Source: a virus (lineage: Duplodnaviria > Caudoviricetes). Taken from it: a stretch of 64,000 bases of DNA. Both the position numbers and the translations under genes were made by a program. The notes beneath the pieces were generated by a model, which was not told where the DNA came from, did not search any database, and saw only the letters and a program-made list of their open reading frames with translations. This document shows, in pieces, positions 1 through 9,364 of this stretch (the first letter of the stretch is position 1; each line of letters opens with the position of its first letter). The stretch is taken from positions 128,001 to 192,000 of the IMG/VR virus record IMGVR_UViG_3300014205_000002, one strand, 5' to 3'.

Positions 1-40
1 CAGCGGCGAGATCGTCGAGTACAAGCCAAGGGAAACCAGG

Positions 41-1033
41 ATGGCGTGGCGGTTCAAGGCGGTCAAAAGAGACGTCTTTGAGGCGCTCTGCGATCCGCGA
101 TTCAACCTGTCTAACCAGGAGTACCTGATCGTCCTCAACGTCTACCGATCCCAGCGGGAGGTCACGTTGGAGAACGGACGGACGGATCTGGGCGCGGGCG
201 TCTCCGCCTACGCCATCGCCAAGCTCGTCAAGCGCGACTACAGCAACGTGAAGCTGGCGATCATCAGCCTGGTGGAGCGCGGCATCCTCATGCGCGACGG
301 CGACACACTTCGCGTCAACGCGGAGTGCGATCAATGGCGCGCCGGCGAGACGGGTTCGAAAAAGCGTTCAGGCGGAAAACCAAAGCCCCCCATGGGGGTT
401 TCTGGTACCCCTATGGGGGTTTCCGAGACCCCCCTTAAACAGGGGTTCACTGAACCCCCAGGGGGTTTGAGGAACCCCCAAAACAGGGGTGCGACAAACC
501 CCTATGTGGGGGTTTCCCACACCCCTGTCGGCGACGGGAATCCAGCGCCAGACGAGGAACACAGCCCCCCTATAGATCATGAGATTAGAACCATGAGATC
601 CATAAATAAAGAGAATACTGATCTCTCTGAGGAGGTTTCGGGCGAGGGTTGTCCGCCGGATACGCGAGAGGCGGCAGTCAATGACGCCGTGGCGGCCTTC
701 GCCGCCGGCGGCTACCAGATCGCGGGCGTGGCGACGTTGGCCTTCCGGGGTCAGGTCGAGAAGCTGCTCGCCAAGAATGTGACTGACTACGGCGACCCTG
801 AGTACCTGCGCCGCTTCGTTATCCCGGCGATCGAGGGGATCCCTGGCAACTACCGCGCGGCGTACCCGGACTGGATCGACCAGCTCCACTTTTGCCTGTC
901 CAAGAGCCGCGGAGCCGGATTCTACGTCGACATCTGGACCAAGAAGAAGCCAGGAATGTCTGCGGTTAGCGAGTTCGACGGTTTTGAGGGCTCTCGGGTC
1001 GTCGACCTGGCAGCTCTGATGGATGCCGACTGA
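41..1033 (+). CDS. Phage replication initiator (lambda O-like; N-terminal HTH, low-complexity linker carrying iterons)
   Basis: HTH-like N-terminus (SAYAIAKLVKRDYSNVKLAIISLVERG), internal repeat array, TGATG-coupled to a DnaC-like ATPase. Confidence 0.75.
   Translation: MAWRFKAVKRDVFEALCDPRFNLSNQEYLIVLNVYRSQREVTLENGRTDLGAGVSAYAIAKLVKRDYSNVKLAIISLVERGILMRDGDTLRVNAECDQWRAGETGSKKRSGGKPKPPMGVSGTPMGVSETPLKQGFTEPPGGLRNPQNRGATNPYVGVSHTPVGDGNPAPDEEHSPPIDHEIRTMRSINKENTDLSEEVSGEGCPPDTREAAVNDAVAAFAAGGYQIAGVATLAFRGQVEKLLAKNVTDYGDPEYLRRFVIPAIEGIPGNYRAAYPDWIDQLHFCLSKSRGAGFYVDIWTKKKPGMSAVSEFDGFEGSRVVDLAALMDAD
395..525. repeat. Six iteron-like inverted repeats GGGGT-N7-ACCCC (probable replication origin)
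   Basis: Copies start at 395, 416, 442, 462, 486 and 509, followed by an AT-rich tract at about 570-625. Confidence 0.8.
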
Positions 1034-1914
1034 TGGACGAAGCCGATCTTCCCCGAACAGCCCGTTCAATGGGGCATTCAAGCGATCTTTTGAAGCTCGG
1101 GAAGCTAATCCCGGCGCTCCAGTCCAGAGGAGAGATCCCCGGCCAGGATCCGCGAGCCTGGCGCTACCACGCCTTCAAGGCATTGATGGACGCCTGTAAG
1201 GCCGGTTGCGAGTCTTGTGGGCCCAGGCTCGACGGATGGCTCGTGCTGGAGAGCCGGGATCGGATGCCCTGTGAGCGCAAGTCTATCCAGTGCCCCGTTG
1301 GTCGTCGGGACTACGTGCGAAACTGCCACAAGTTCCTGGAGACGCTGGGCTTCGGCGGGGATCAGGCGATGGCGTGCTTCCTGCGCGAGAACGCCGACGC
1401 CGACGGCTACGTGCTGGGGGATCCGCTCACGCACTTCGGCTTCGTGCTCGACGAGTGCTCGGGGCCAGCCAAGACCTACGCCTTTGAGGACTTCACGAAG
1501 AAGCGCAACCTGATCCTGGCTGGCTCGACGGGTCCTGGTAAGACCTACTCGGCGCTCGCGGTGATGGCCCACTTGAAGGTTGAGCTGGGTATTGAGAACC
1601 AGATGTTCGTGAAGGCCGAGCAGCTGCTCGACGATTACATGACCGACAAAATGCGCGAGACGTTCGGGCAGGCGATGCGCACACGCTTCTTGGTGCTCGA
1701 CGATCTCGGCACGGAGTTGCCGAGCCCGCGAAACGAAAAGAACCTGTACTCGCTGATCGACGCGAGGTTGAGCGCGAACCTGCCGACGCTCGCCACGCTC
1801 AACATGTCCGCCGTTGACTTCGTGAAGCGCTACACGGACAAGCGGCTCCAGGATCGCTTCAAGCTCTACAAGTTCGTTGAGACGTCCCTGAAAAGCAAGA
1901 GGCGGGCACGGTGA
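1033..1914 (+). CDS. DnaC/IstB-like AAA+ helicase loader
   Basis: Walker A GSTGPGKT, Walker B LVLDDLG, LIDARL..LPTLATLN motif; Cys-rich N-terminus. Confidence 0.85.
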   Translation: MDEADLPRTARSMGHSSDLLKLGKLIPALQSRGEIPGQDPRAWRYHAFKALMDACKAGCESCGPRLDGWLVLESRDRMPCERKSIQCPVGRRDYVRNCHKFLETLGFGGDQAMACFLRENADADGYVLGDPLTHFGFVLDECSGPAKTYAFEDFTKKRNLILAGSTGPGKTYSALAVMAHLKVELGIENQMFVKAEQLLDDYMTDKMRETFGQAMRTRFLVLDDLGTELPSPRNEKNLYSLIDARLSANLPTLATLNMSAVDFVKRYTDKRLQDRFKLYKFVETSLKSKRRAR

Positions 1915-2627
1915 CGCTTGCTCTGACGGTTGCGTTGTCTGTCGCGATCGTCTATGGGATGATGCTGCGGTTGCTCGCAGTGTCCGACGGTCTGAGCCGG
2001 ACGACACCGAGACCCATATCGCGAGTCAGCGCGGATCCAAGAGGCACCCCAGTGGGATTGCATATCACGGCGATCGTCGGCCCGATGTTCAGCGCGAAGA
2101 CGACCACGCTGGCGCGCATCATCAGCGCCTGTGGCGACCCGTCGAGGGCGGTATTCAAGCACCGGAAGGATGGTCGGACCAGTGGGTCGCTGAGCAGCCA
2201 TGACGCGACCCTCAGTGATACCATCCAGGCGACACCGATCCGCAGCCTGCATGAGGTGGCGGAGTACGTCGACGCCCAGCGCACGCAGTGGGTCTACATC
2301 GACGAAATTCAATGGTTCGAGCGGGACGACGCGGCCTCGGCGATCGCGCGCATGGCCTGCTATGCCAGACCTCGCAACCTGGTGGTCGCGGGGCTCGATC
2401 TCGACTTCCGCGGCGAGGAGTTTCCGACCACCCGCCTGTTCATGCAGCGCGCGAACGATCGCATCTGCCTGCTGGCGGTGTGCGCATGCTGCGGGGCTCC
2501 CGCGCCCATGAGCTACCTGCGCGCGGTGGTCACGGGCACAGAGGGCCCCGTGGGGGGAGCCGACCAGTACGAGCCGCGCTGCGTGGAGTGCCATGCCGCC
2601 GGAGTCACCCAGAAGGAAAATTCATGA
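1911..2627 (+). CDS. tdk: Thymidine kinase (type II)
   Basis: GPMFSAKTT, IDEIQWF, GLDLDFRGEEF, C-x2-C...YEPRC-x2-C; hydrophobic N-terminal extension makes the start uncertain. Confidence 0.92.
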   Translation: MTLALTVALSVAIVYGMMLRLLAVSDGLSRTTPRPISRVSADPRGTPVGLHITAIVGPMFSAKTTTLARIISACGDPSRAVFKHRKDGRTSGSLSSHDATLSDTIQATPIRSLHEVAEYVDAQRTQWVYIDEIQWFERDDAASAIARMACYARPRNLVVAGLDLDFRGEEFPTTRLFMQRANDRICLLAVCACCGAPAPMSYLRAVVTGTEGPVGGADQYEPRCVECHAAGVTQKENS

Positions 2628-3169
2628 TCACGATCGACCAAGACGCCGTACGCCGGGCGGTGAGGCAGCTGCTCGGTACGCCCGAGGAGCCGGGTCCGAC
2701 CTCGGCGGCGGAGCTGGTGGAAGCCACCGGCGGCACCATTGCCGACATCGAGGCGGGTCTACTAGGCGCACCTTTCCGGGCGGAGTTAGTGGGTGGCCTG
2801 ATCGGCGCGCTCGGCAGCTCGCCGACAGCGTTCGTGCGGGCGGCCGACGGCTACGCGATCCTGCCAGACGCGACCATCGATCGGTTCGGCGAGTCCCAGG
2901 CACAGCTGAGCGAGGCGCGCGCGGCGAACGCGCAGCTGATGTCCGAAGTGGGTAAGCACGTCTTGGAGGCCGAGGCGCAAGCACGCGAGATCGCCGCCCT
3001 CCAGACGCAGCTCAAGCTAGAGCAGGCCCAGCGCGCGGCCTACGAGAGCCAAAACCGCCTCCTGGAAGGCTTCATCAAGGAGGATCAGAAGCTCAAGGCG
3101 GAATGGCTGGAACGCAGCGAGGCGCGTGCGCGGGCCCCCTGGTACCAGCGCATCTGGTGGGCACTCTGA
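2624..3169 (+). CDS. Coiled-coil hypothetical protein ending in an amphipathic PWYQRIW tail
   Basis: ATGA overlap with tdk; heptad pattern. Confidence 0.65.
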   Translation: MITIDQDAVRRAVRQLLGTPEEPGPTSAAELVEATGGTIADIEAGLLGAPFRAELVGGLIGALGSSPTAFVRAADGYAILPDATIDRFGESQAQLSEARAANAQLMSEVGKHVLEAEAQAREIAALQTQLKLEQAQRAAYESQNRLLEGFIKEDQKLKAEWLERSEARARAPWYQRIWWAL

Positions 3170-3325
3170 TGCGGGACTGCCAGACCTGCCCGAGGCGGGC
3201 GTGTTGCGATCTTCTGGTGTGCCTGATCGACACACGGATGCCGCCCCCGCGCTATGAGCCGACCGTATTGGTCGGACCAACAGGCACTACTCCCGTTTCG
3301 GCGTAAGCCTCACGGCGACTCACAC

Positions 3326-3354
3326 AGGGGGCCCATGTGGCCCCCTTTTCGTTT
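3326..3354 (+). terminator. Rho-independent terminator
   Basis: AGGGGGCC-catgt-GGCCCCCT stem followed by TTTCGTTT. Confidence 0.7.
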
Positions 3355-3381
3355 GACCCCCAGGCGCAGGGCTGGTACAAC
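3353..3381 (+). promoter_or_regulatory. Sigma70-type promoter
   Basis: TTGACC-17 bp-TACAAC with TGn extension. Confidence 0.6.
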
Positions 3382-3667
3382 CGAAGCGTGGGGTTCCAAG
3401 ACTAAAGGAGCCCCGTGGGGCTCCTTCGATCCGGTGGCGCTCTGAACCCTGGTACCTGGGTGGAGCACCCCCCAAAAGGAGGCTCCTCCTAGAATTCCAG
3501 TCTCACATGGAGGCTGGTGGAGCCGGCCCTTGGCTCGCAGCGAGGACGATTCCCTGGACATTCCCAACCGCTTGACCGGAGTCCTGCGGTCGTTCCTGTC
3601 GCCGGGTGACCGGGCTCGGGAGCGAGGTTGCCTTGCGGCAAGGTCAGTATAGCAGAGGAGGATTACG

Positions 3668-4432
3668 ATGTCGTCAGCCACGACAAGCCAGGATCCCCAG
3701 CCGGAGCTGGGGACGAAGATCTGTACGAAGTGCAACACGCCGAAGTCGGTCGACTCGTTCAACTTCCGCAACAAAAAGAAGCGACTGCGCCAGAGTTGGT
3801 GCCGGATCTGTCAGCACAGCTCCAAGGGGTTGGTTCCGATCCATCCCAGCGATCACCAGATCCAGGACCAGTTTGCGCGGTTCGGCGATATCCAGATGCC
3901 GTCACCCAGCGATCTGATCGCCACACTAGCGGCCAATGCCGCCGAACAGGTAGCCGGCCCAGGGCCGCGTGTAGCGCCGCAGCCGGCAGTCGTTCATGCC
4001 GCTCCGCCGGCGGCCGTCATCACAGCGCCTGAGCCGTCCGAATCAAGCGAACCGCCGGTAATGGAGCGCGAGAGCGCGCTGCTGATGCTCGCGGACAAGC
4101 TCGTTGCGGCAACGGAGCGCGCCGCCCGGGCGGAGGCCCAGCTGGATGCCGCATTCAAACAGGTCGAGGTCTACCGCGCTCAGCTGGCGAGTGCCCAAAG
4201 AGCGGCAGAACTTGAGGCTCGCATCGTGAAGCTCGGTGAAGACGTGGGAACCTGGCAGCAGCTGGCCGAGGGTCATGATCTCGACATGCAGAAGCTGCGC
4301 GACGAGAATGTCCGACTCCAGAAAGAACTCACCGAGGCGAAGAAGCCCCCAACCCAGGTGGCGATCGTGCGTACGTACAGCGACGAGGAAAAGAGGCGGC
4401 TCGGCCCTCTCGGCGTCCCGGTCGGGAGTTGA
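3668..4432 (+). CDS. Zn-ribbon plus coiled-coil protein
   Basis: KICTKC...SWCRIC; SD GAGGAG. Confidence 0.75.
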   Translation: MSSATTSQDPQPELGTKICTKCNTPKSVDSFNFRNKKKRLRQSWCRICQHSSKGLVPIHPSDHQIQDQFARFGDIQMPSPSDLIATLAANAAEQVAGPGPRVAPQPAVVHAAPPAAVITAPEPSESSEPPVMERESALLMLADKLVAATERAARAEAQLDAAFKQVEVYRAQLASAQRAAELEARIVKLGEDVGTWQQLAEGHDLDMQKLRDENVRLQKELTEAKKPPTQVAIVRTYSDEEKRRLGPLGVPVGS

Positions 4433-4508
4433 CGCGCCGAACCCGACCGGGTCTGTCCTCACGGCCATTGTCCCCAAAAACGACGCTCTGGCGGAGTTCT
4501 TCATCCAC

Positions 4509-4898
4509 ATGGAGAAGGCCAAGACGGAGAACAAGCATGCGCGCACCTACACCAAGCTGATCCGGGCTGAGGTGGTCGGAAAGCTCGACCATAGCGCGCT
4601 CGATCCGAAGGCCGTGGCGCACTGGCGGCGCGCGTTCGACCTGGTGGTTGAGCATGTCCGCGACAGCACCTACGTGCGCCGCATGTTCTGGAAGCTCGTG
4701 TCGATCATGGAGAGTCCAGACACGATGGGCCAGCCCTATGGGGCCGGCAGCTACGGTTTTGACACGGGCACCCGCAAGGTGGTCGTCGGCAAGATGCGCG
4801 TGATCTTCCTGTACCGCGCAGGCGATCTCGACTTCAAGCACATCGACTTCCACGACGAGGCATACGAGCAGGCCGACAAGGCCAGAGGGGCAAAGTGA
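4509..4898 (+). CDS. RelE/ParE-like fold protein (putative)
   Basis: C-terminal GQP...RKVVVGKMRVIF...HIDFHDEAY pattern; start uncertain. Confidence 0.45.
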   Translation: MEKAKTENKHARTYTKLIRAEVVGKLDHSALDPKAVAHWRRAFDLVVEHVRDSTYVRRMFWKLVSIMESPDTMGQPYGAGSYGFDTGTRKVVVGKMRVIFLYRAGDLDFKHIDFHDEAYEQADKARGAK

Positions 4899-4993
4899 TC
4901 GGCCTCATGGGCGGCGCGGCGCTCGTCAGCCTCGCCGTGTATGCCCTCGTGATGATGCTTCCATCCCCAGAGGAGAAACCAGATGACCGATAA
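4895..4993 (+). CDS. 32-aa single-TM peptide
   Basis: GTGA overlap; translates to VIGLMGGAALVSLAVYALVMMLPSPEEKPDDR. Confidence 0.5.
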   Translation: MIGLMGGAALVSLAVYALVMMLPSPEEKPDDR

Positions 4994-5603
4994 GACAAAG
5001 CCAGACGACGCGTTGATCCTCAGCTTCGACGTCACGACCGTGTTCAGTATGGAGATGCCGATCGCGAACCCCGAGGGTCTGGAGAAAGAGGCGGTGCGCA
5101 AGCTCGCCGAGGATCATGTGCGGGGGCTCTTGCAGGGCCTCGGTGCCTACGTCCAGAGCATGCAGCGCCGCAGTGAGGACAAACCCACCGAGCAGCTGGT
5201 TATTACCTTGACCGGCACGCGCCTCCAGCACGCGCGCCAGCTCTGGTTCTCGTTCGACGAGCCCGAGACACCCGAGGATTACTATATCGGCTGGTCCTAC
5301 GATCGGCGTTGGAACGGCTGGGGCTCGCCCCTCTTTGAGAAGGCCGAGGCCGACCGCATGATGCTGCGCTTCAACGCGGAACTCCAGCGGAAGGACGCCA
5401 CTTACGACCCCGTCACCGAGACCTACTTCTTCCCCAGCTTCAACGACACCGAGTACCCCGAGGAGCCGCCGCACCCCGGCTACCCGAAGGAAACCCTCGC
5501 GCTGCCGGACGGCTCGACCCGGGAGGTCTACGCCATCGGCTCGGGGGAATGGTGCTGGAACGTCGACTATAAAGACCCGACCAAGGGGCCGGTGACACCG
5601 TGA
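4983..5603 (+). CDS. Hypothetical phage protein
   Basis: SD GAGGAG, operon packing. Confidence 0.7.
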   Translation: MTDKTKPDDALILSFDVTTVFSMEMPIANPEGLEKEAVRKLAEDHVRGLLQGLGAYVQSMQRRSEDKPTEQLVITLTGTRLQHARQLWFSFDEPETPEDYYIGWSYDRRWNGWGSPLFEKAEADRMMLRFNAELQRKDATYDPVTETYFFPSFNDTEYPEEPPHPGYPKETLALPDGSTREVYAIGSGEWCWNVDYKDPTKGPVTP

Positions 5604-5794
5604 TCGAGCGCGTAACCTTCGTGGTCTGCGACGCCCCCAACTGCCAGGAGCGGCTGGAGACCAGCGAGCAGGCGGGGGCTGCGCGGGCCGAGGCTCACAA
5701 GGAGGGCTGGACGCGCCGCCGTGGCATAGTCGGCCAGGCGATGTACGATTACTGTCCGCGCTGTGGGTTGGCGAACCCGACTGAGACAAAGTGA
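5600..5794 (+). CDS. Small Zn-finger protein
   Basis: C-x4-C...GW...DYCPRC; 4-bp overlaps. Confidence 0.65.
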   Translation: MIERVTFVVCDAPNCQERLETSEQAGAARAEAHKEGWTRRRGIVGQAMYDYCPRCGLANPTETK

Positions 5795-6093
5795 GCAAGC
5801 ACATGAACTACGAGATCGATCGCCTCAAGAAGAAGGCTCGCGCGGGCGAGACGCTCACGGCCCTAGAGGGGCTGTGGCTGGTCGAGAAGGTCAACCAGCT
5901 GCGCCATGCGCTGGCGCTGAACCAAGGCAGCTTGAAGAACGAGCACCCGCTCGTCGCCAAGATGGCGATCGAGGAGGCGTTGAAGGCGCAGCTTGAGGCC
6001 AGCGTAGCGGTGGGCGCGACCATTTACCCGCGCGGCAGTCAGAACTGGGCCGAGTGGGGACTGAACCCGCCGCTTCATGTGGAATCGACGTGA
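5791..6093 (+). CDS. Hypothetical protein
   Basis: GTGA overlaps at both ends. Confidence 0.65.
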   Translation: MSKHMNYEIDRLKKKARAGETLTALEGLWLVEKVNQLRHALALNQGSLKNEHPLVAKMAIEEALKAQLEASVAVGATIYPRGSQNWAEWGLNPPLHVEST

Positions 6094-6392
6094 ACGCGCA
6101 CCAACGTCGCCTGGCGCGCCGCACCGCTTTGCGCTGGCACAGAGAGGCGGAGCGCTGCTATCAGGCTATGCGCAAGATGCGGGCCACCTTCTCCGCGAGG
6201 GCCCTAATGGCTGGTCAGCTGAGTCTGTCGCAGGCCGAGGTGGATCGCCTCCGGGACGTGTTTGAGGGCGGGCCGGTGAGGAGCGTCGACTTCGGTACGG
6301 ACGCCGGCTTCTGTGAGCTCGGGGTGCGGGCCCAGCCGGGCGGCGGCTATGTGGTCGTCTCGGAGAAGCGCACCCCGCCGGAGGGCCCATGA
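6090..6392 (+). CDS. Hypothetical protein
   Basis: GTGA/ATGA overlaps. Confidence 0.6.
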   Translation: MNAHQRRLARRTALRWHREAERCYQAMRKMRATFSARALMAGQLSLSQAEVDRLRDVFEGGPVRSVDFGTDAGFCELGVRAQPGGGYVVVSEKRTPPEGP

Positions 6393-6625
6393 CCGAAGCC
6401 ACGAAGCCGCCGGCGGGCTATTACTTCCTGATCGCCTCGGGCAGTCGAACGGCGCACCTCGGTCCCCGCACCCATGACGACAGCCTGTGGGTGCCGATCT
6501 GCGAGGCGGATCTGCCCAGCAGGGCGGCCCGACGCGGCGAGGACTGGTGTACGCTGGACGAGATCTGGAGTCGCCCGCCATGCCAGCGCTGCGCGAAGAT
6601 TGCAGCCAAGAAGGAGAGCCCATGA
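6389..6625 (+). CDS. Small Zn-binding protein
   Basis: H...C...CQRC; ATGA overlaps. Confidence 0.6.
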   Translation: MTEATKPPAGYYFLIASGSRTAHLGPRTHDDSLWVPICEADLPSRAARRGEDWCTLDEIWSRPPCQRCAKIAAKKESP

Positions 6626-7770
6626 CCAAGAGTTGGCTCACCGATCCCTTACCACCGCAGCAGGAGCGCATGCGGCTCTTTTACGCGGGGGCCAAGCCCT
6701 GCTACGCCAACCACCTCGCAGGCCACGACACGCTCGTGAGCTACTTTGAGGAACAGCAGCTCCGCATCGTCGACGACATGATCGCCGGCGCGGCCAACCC
6801 GCCCGGCGCGGTGATCATCGACTGCGGGGCTTACTCCGCCTGGAAGCAGGCCTACAAGCCCGAGGTCAAGCCGATCGATCTGGATGCCTACATCCCCTAC
6901 TGCCTGCGGGCGGTAGAGGGCCTCGGGCGCGGGCTCGTGGCGGTAGTGGCGCTCGACGTGATCCCCGGCCGCTGGGTCGACAAGGGCACGTTCATCCCCC
7001 CATCGCCCGAGGAGGCGCACCGGGCGGTATGGGACACCATCCACAACACCATGGCGATGGTACGGGCGGGTGTACCCAAGCACAAGCTGATGCCGGTCTT
7101 CCACTTCGGCGATCCGCCCTGGGTGCTGGAGTTCTATGAGCGGGTCGGATTTGAACTGATCGGCCTGTCTGGCGCGAGTATCCAGGGCAAGCCGGAGATG
7201 GAGGAGTGGGTTGACGAGATGTTGGCGTGCTATCCCGAACAGCGCTTTCACTTGCTGGGGGTGACCGCGAAGTGGGCCTTCACCAAGCACGCCTGGAGCC
7301 TCGACTCGACGAGCTGGTTCAACTTCCAGCGCTTCGGTTTCAAGAAGAACCGGCACCTGCTCTACGGCCTGCGCGACAAGTTCTTCGCCCGCTGGCCGCG
7401 TACGAAGGAGATCCTCGACGACATCAGCGACGAGGGCCGCGACCTCAACGCCGGCCTCTGCCGGGAGATTGGCAAGGACTCGCTCGCGGACAGGCTGGGG
7501 GCGAGCAACCAGGATCGCTTTCACGAGGCTTTCCAGGTAGGCTGGCCAGAGCTGTCACGGGCGCTCGGCAGTTACGTCGACTTCGGCATGTTCGAGGGCG
7601 ACGACGAGGCCGATATGAAGGCCGCCTGGCAGCTCGCTCAGAACTACCTCGCGGACAAGTATCACAACGGCGAATGGGTTGAGCCCAGGTGGCTGGTGAT
7701 GCTGGACATCATTGAGATCGAAGATGTCCCCGCTTATCTCCAGCGATGGAACATGGAGGATGCCGCATGA
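6622..7770 (+). CDS. tRNA/DNA-guanine transglycosylase-like (TGT/DpdA-like) protein
   Basis: IIDCGAYSAW, ALDVIPG, MPVFH, FHLLGVT and SLDSTSW motifs of the TGT barrel; SD AAGGAG. Confidence 0.75.
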   Translation: MTKSWLTDPLPPQQERMRLFYAGAKPCYANHLAGHDTLVSYFEEQQLRIVDDMIAGAANPPGAVIIDCGAYSAWKQAYKPEVKPIDLDAYIPYCLRAVEGLGRGLVAVVALDVIPGRWVDKGTFIPPSPEEAHRAVWDTIHNTMAMVRAGVPKHKLMPVFHFGDPPWVLEFYERVGFELIGLSGASIQGKPEMEEWVDEMLACYPEQRFHLLGVTAKWAFTKHAWSLDSTSWFNFQRFGFKKNRHLLYGLRDKFFARWPRTKEILDDISDEGRDLNAGLCREIGKDSLADRLGASNQDRFHEAFQVGWPELSRALGSYVDFGMFEGDDEADMKAAWQLAQNYLADKYHNGEWVEPRWLVMLDIIEIEDVPAYLQRWNMEDAA

Positions 7771-8195
7771 CGCGCGGAATTGACCGACTGACAGCGATCG
7801 AGAATCGCCTCGCCAAGATCACGAGGTGGCCCTGGCGCACCCAGATCTTCTCCTGGCTCAACGCCCGGGTGCTCTGTTACTTCGATCGGAACAACTCCGG
7901 CGACCCCGTGGCCTGGCTCGATAACGACAAGGGCTACAAGCAGGTTGGCGGCTTCATCCGCTTCGGGGCCAACTGCTCAAATGCCGCGAACGATGCGACC
8001 TTCGTCGCGCATGCGCCCGCCGACATCTCGGACCTCTTGAAGGTTGCGAAGGCCGCCCGCGGCCTCATGGCGACGGTGGGCGAGTTCCCCGAGGACCCCA
8101 GCATCTGGGGCGAGGCGCTGGAGGCGCTCGATGTCACGCTCGAACGTCTGGATCCACCCCCGCCCAAGGAGAGCGTCTACCATGCTGATACCTGA
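7767..8195 (+). CDS. Ead/Ea22-like accessory protein
   Basis: LTAIENRLAKIT.WPW...NDATFVAHAPADISDLL pattern. Confidence 0.55.
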   Translation: MTRGIDRLTAIENRLAKITRWPWRTQIFSWLNARVLCYFDRNNSGDPVAWLDNDKGYKQVGGFIRFGANCSNAANDATFVAHAPADISDLLKVAKAARGLMATVGEFPEDPSIWGEALEALDVTLERLDPPPPKESVYHADT

Positions 8196-8997
8196 TGCCA
8201 TTCCCGGCCTCATTGCGCGCGGGGCTCTGTTCGTGGTCAACCACAGCGGCGGAAAGGACAGTCAGGCCATGTTCGCCCTGCTTAAGCAGGTCGTACCGAA
8301 GGACCAGCTCCTTGTGCTCCATGCGATCCTGCCGGGTGTCGAGTGGGATGGCGTGATCGAGCACATTGAGGCGACGATCGGGGACGCGCCTTTGATCTTC
8401 GCCCAGTCGATCAAGACCTTCTGGCAGATGGTCGAGCACCGCCAGATGTTCCCCAGTCCCTCGAACCGCCAATGCACGAGCGACCTCAAGCGGGGCCCGA
8501 TCGAAAAGCAGATCCGGCATTACCTCTGGGAGAACCCGCGCTACGGCGGGCTGATCGTCAACTGCATGGGCATGCGCGCCGAGGAGAGTCCTGGGCGCAA
8601 GAAGCTCGTGCCGTTCGCCTTCGATCCCGGTAATTCCATGGCCGCGAGCGCCAAGGGCACCCGGCCTTCGCGCGAGTGGTACGAGTGGTTGCCGATCCAC
8701 GCGCTCTCGACCTGGGAGGTCTGGTGCGCGATCGCCGAGGCTGGACAGAAGCCACACTGGGCGTACTCGAAGGGGATGACCCGCCTCAGCTGCCAATTCT
8801 GTATCATGGCCTCCGACGGCGATCTCAAGACCGCCGCGACCCTGGCCCCCGACATGTACCAGCGGTACGCTCACGCCGAGCGCCGCATGGGCTTCACCCT
8901 GCGGATGTCGCGGGAGACGCTCGTCCAGGTGACGGGCATCCCCATCGACGAGTCCTATGTGCCTCCAAAGGAGCCTGACTATGTGCCTTCCCGGTAG
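8182..8997 (+). CDS. PAPS-reductase/DndC-like PP-loop protein
   Basis: SGGKDS PP-loop, RQCTSDLK, GMRAEES, RLSCQFC. Confidence 0.85.
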   Translation: MLIPDAIPGLIARGALFVVNHSGGKDSQAMFALLKQVVPKDQLLVLHAILPGVEWDGVIEHIEATIGDAPLIFAQSIKTFWQMVEHRQMFPSPSNRQCTSDLKRGPIEKQIRHYLWENPRYGGLIVNCMGMRAEESPGRKKLVPFAFDPGNSMAASAKGTRPSREWYEWLPIHALSTWEVWCAIAEAGQKPHWAYSKGMTRLSCQFCIMASDGDLKTAATLAPDMYQRYAHAERRMGFTLRMSRETLVQVTGIPIDESYVPPKEPDYVPSR

Positions 8998-9364
8998 CGT
9001 CCTCGGTGTTGAGGGCGACGTCTTCAAGAGCTTTGCGGTCAACGAGGCGATCGACGTCACGTTCATCGAGGCGGCCATCACCCTGCCCGAAGGGTGCCTC
9101 CAGAACAACATGATCGTCGCTGGCGAAGACGGCCAGCTCTACCACATCTCGGTCGGCATCCGCATTGAGGAGATCGATCCCGCGCAGGCTCCGGACCTCG
9201 TCGTGGGCATCCAGCTCGATGCTTGCAAGGCCTGCCAGGAGATGGTGGTGCGGGCGGATGGCGCGGGCGTTGAGCGCTTGCGCGAGCACCTCCTGGAGCA
9301 CGACAAGCGGGCGGCGGCGTTCACCGAGCGCCATGTGCTCGCTCAATTCGAGGAGCGGGCATGA
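8981..9364 (+). CDS. Hypothetical protein
   Basis: SD AAGGAG, operon packing. Confidence 0.6.
   Translation: MCLPGSVLGVEGDVFKSFAVNEAIDVTFIEAAITLPEGCLQNNMIVAGEDGQLYHISVGIRIEEIDPAQAPDLVVGIQLDACKACQEMVVRADGAGVERLREHLLEHDKRAAAFTERHVLAQFEERA

Noticed and set aside
395-525. Repeat array as a mini-CRISPR
   Set aside because: Units are 17-bp palindromes with 3-9 bp gaps inside a coding gene, and no cas genes are present; fits iterons
3380-3445. tRNA-like GGTTC/TTCGATCC strings
   Set aside because: No cloverleaf or acceptor stem could be built
8182-8997. True sulfate-assimilation cysH or a full Dnd phosphorothioation system
   Set aside because: No other cys or dndA/D/E genes in the window; only family-level motifs are supported
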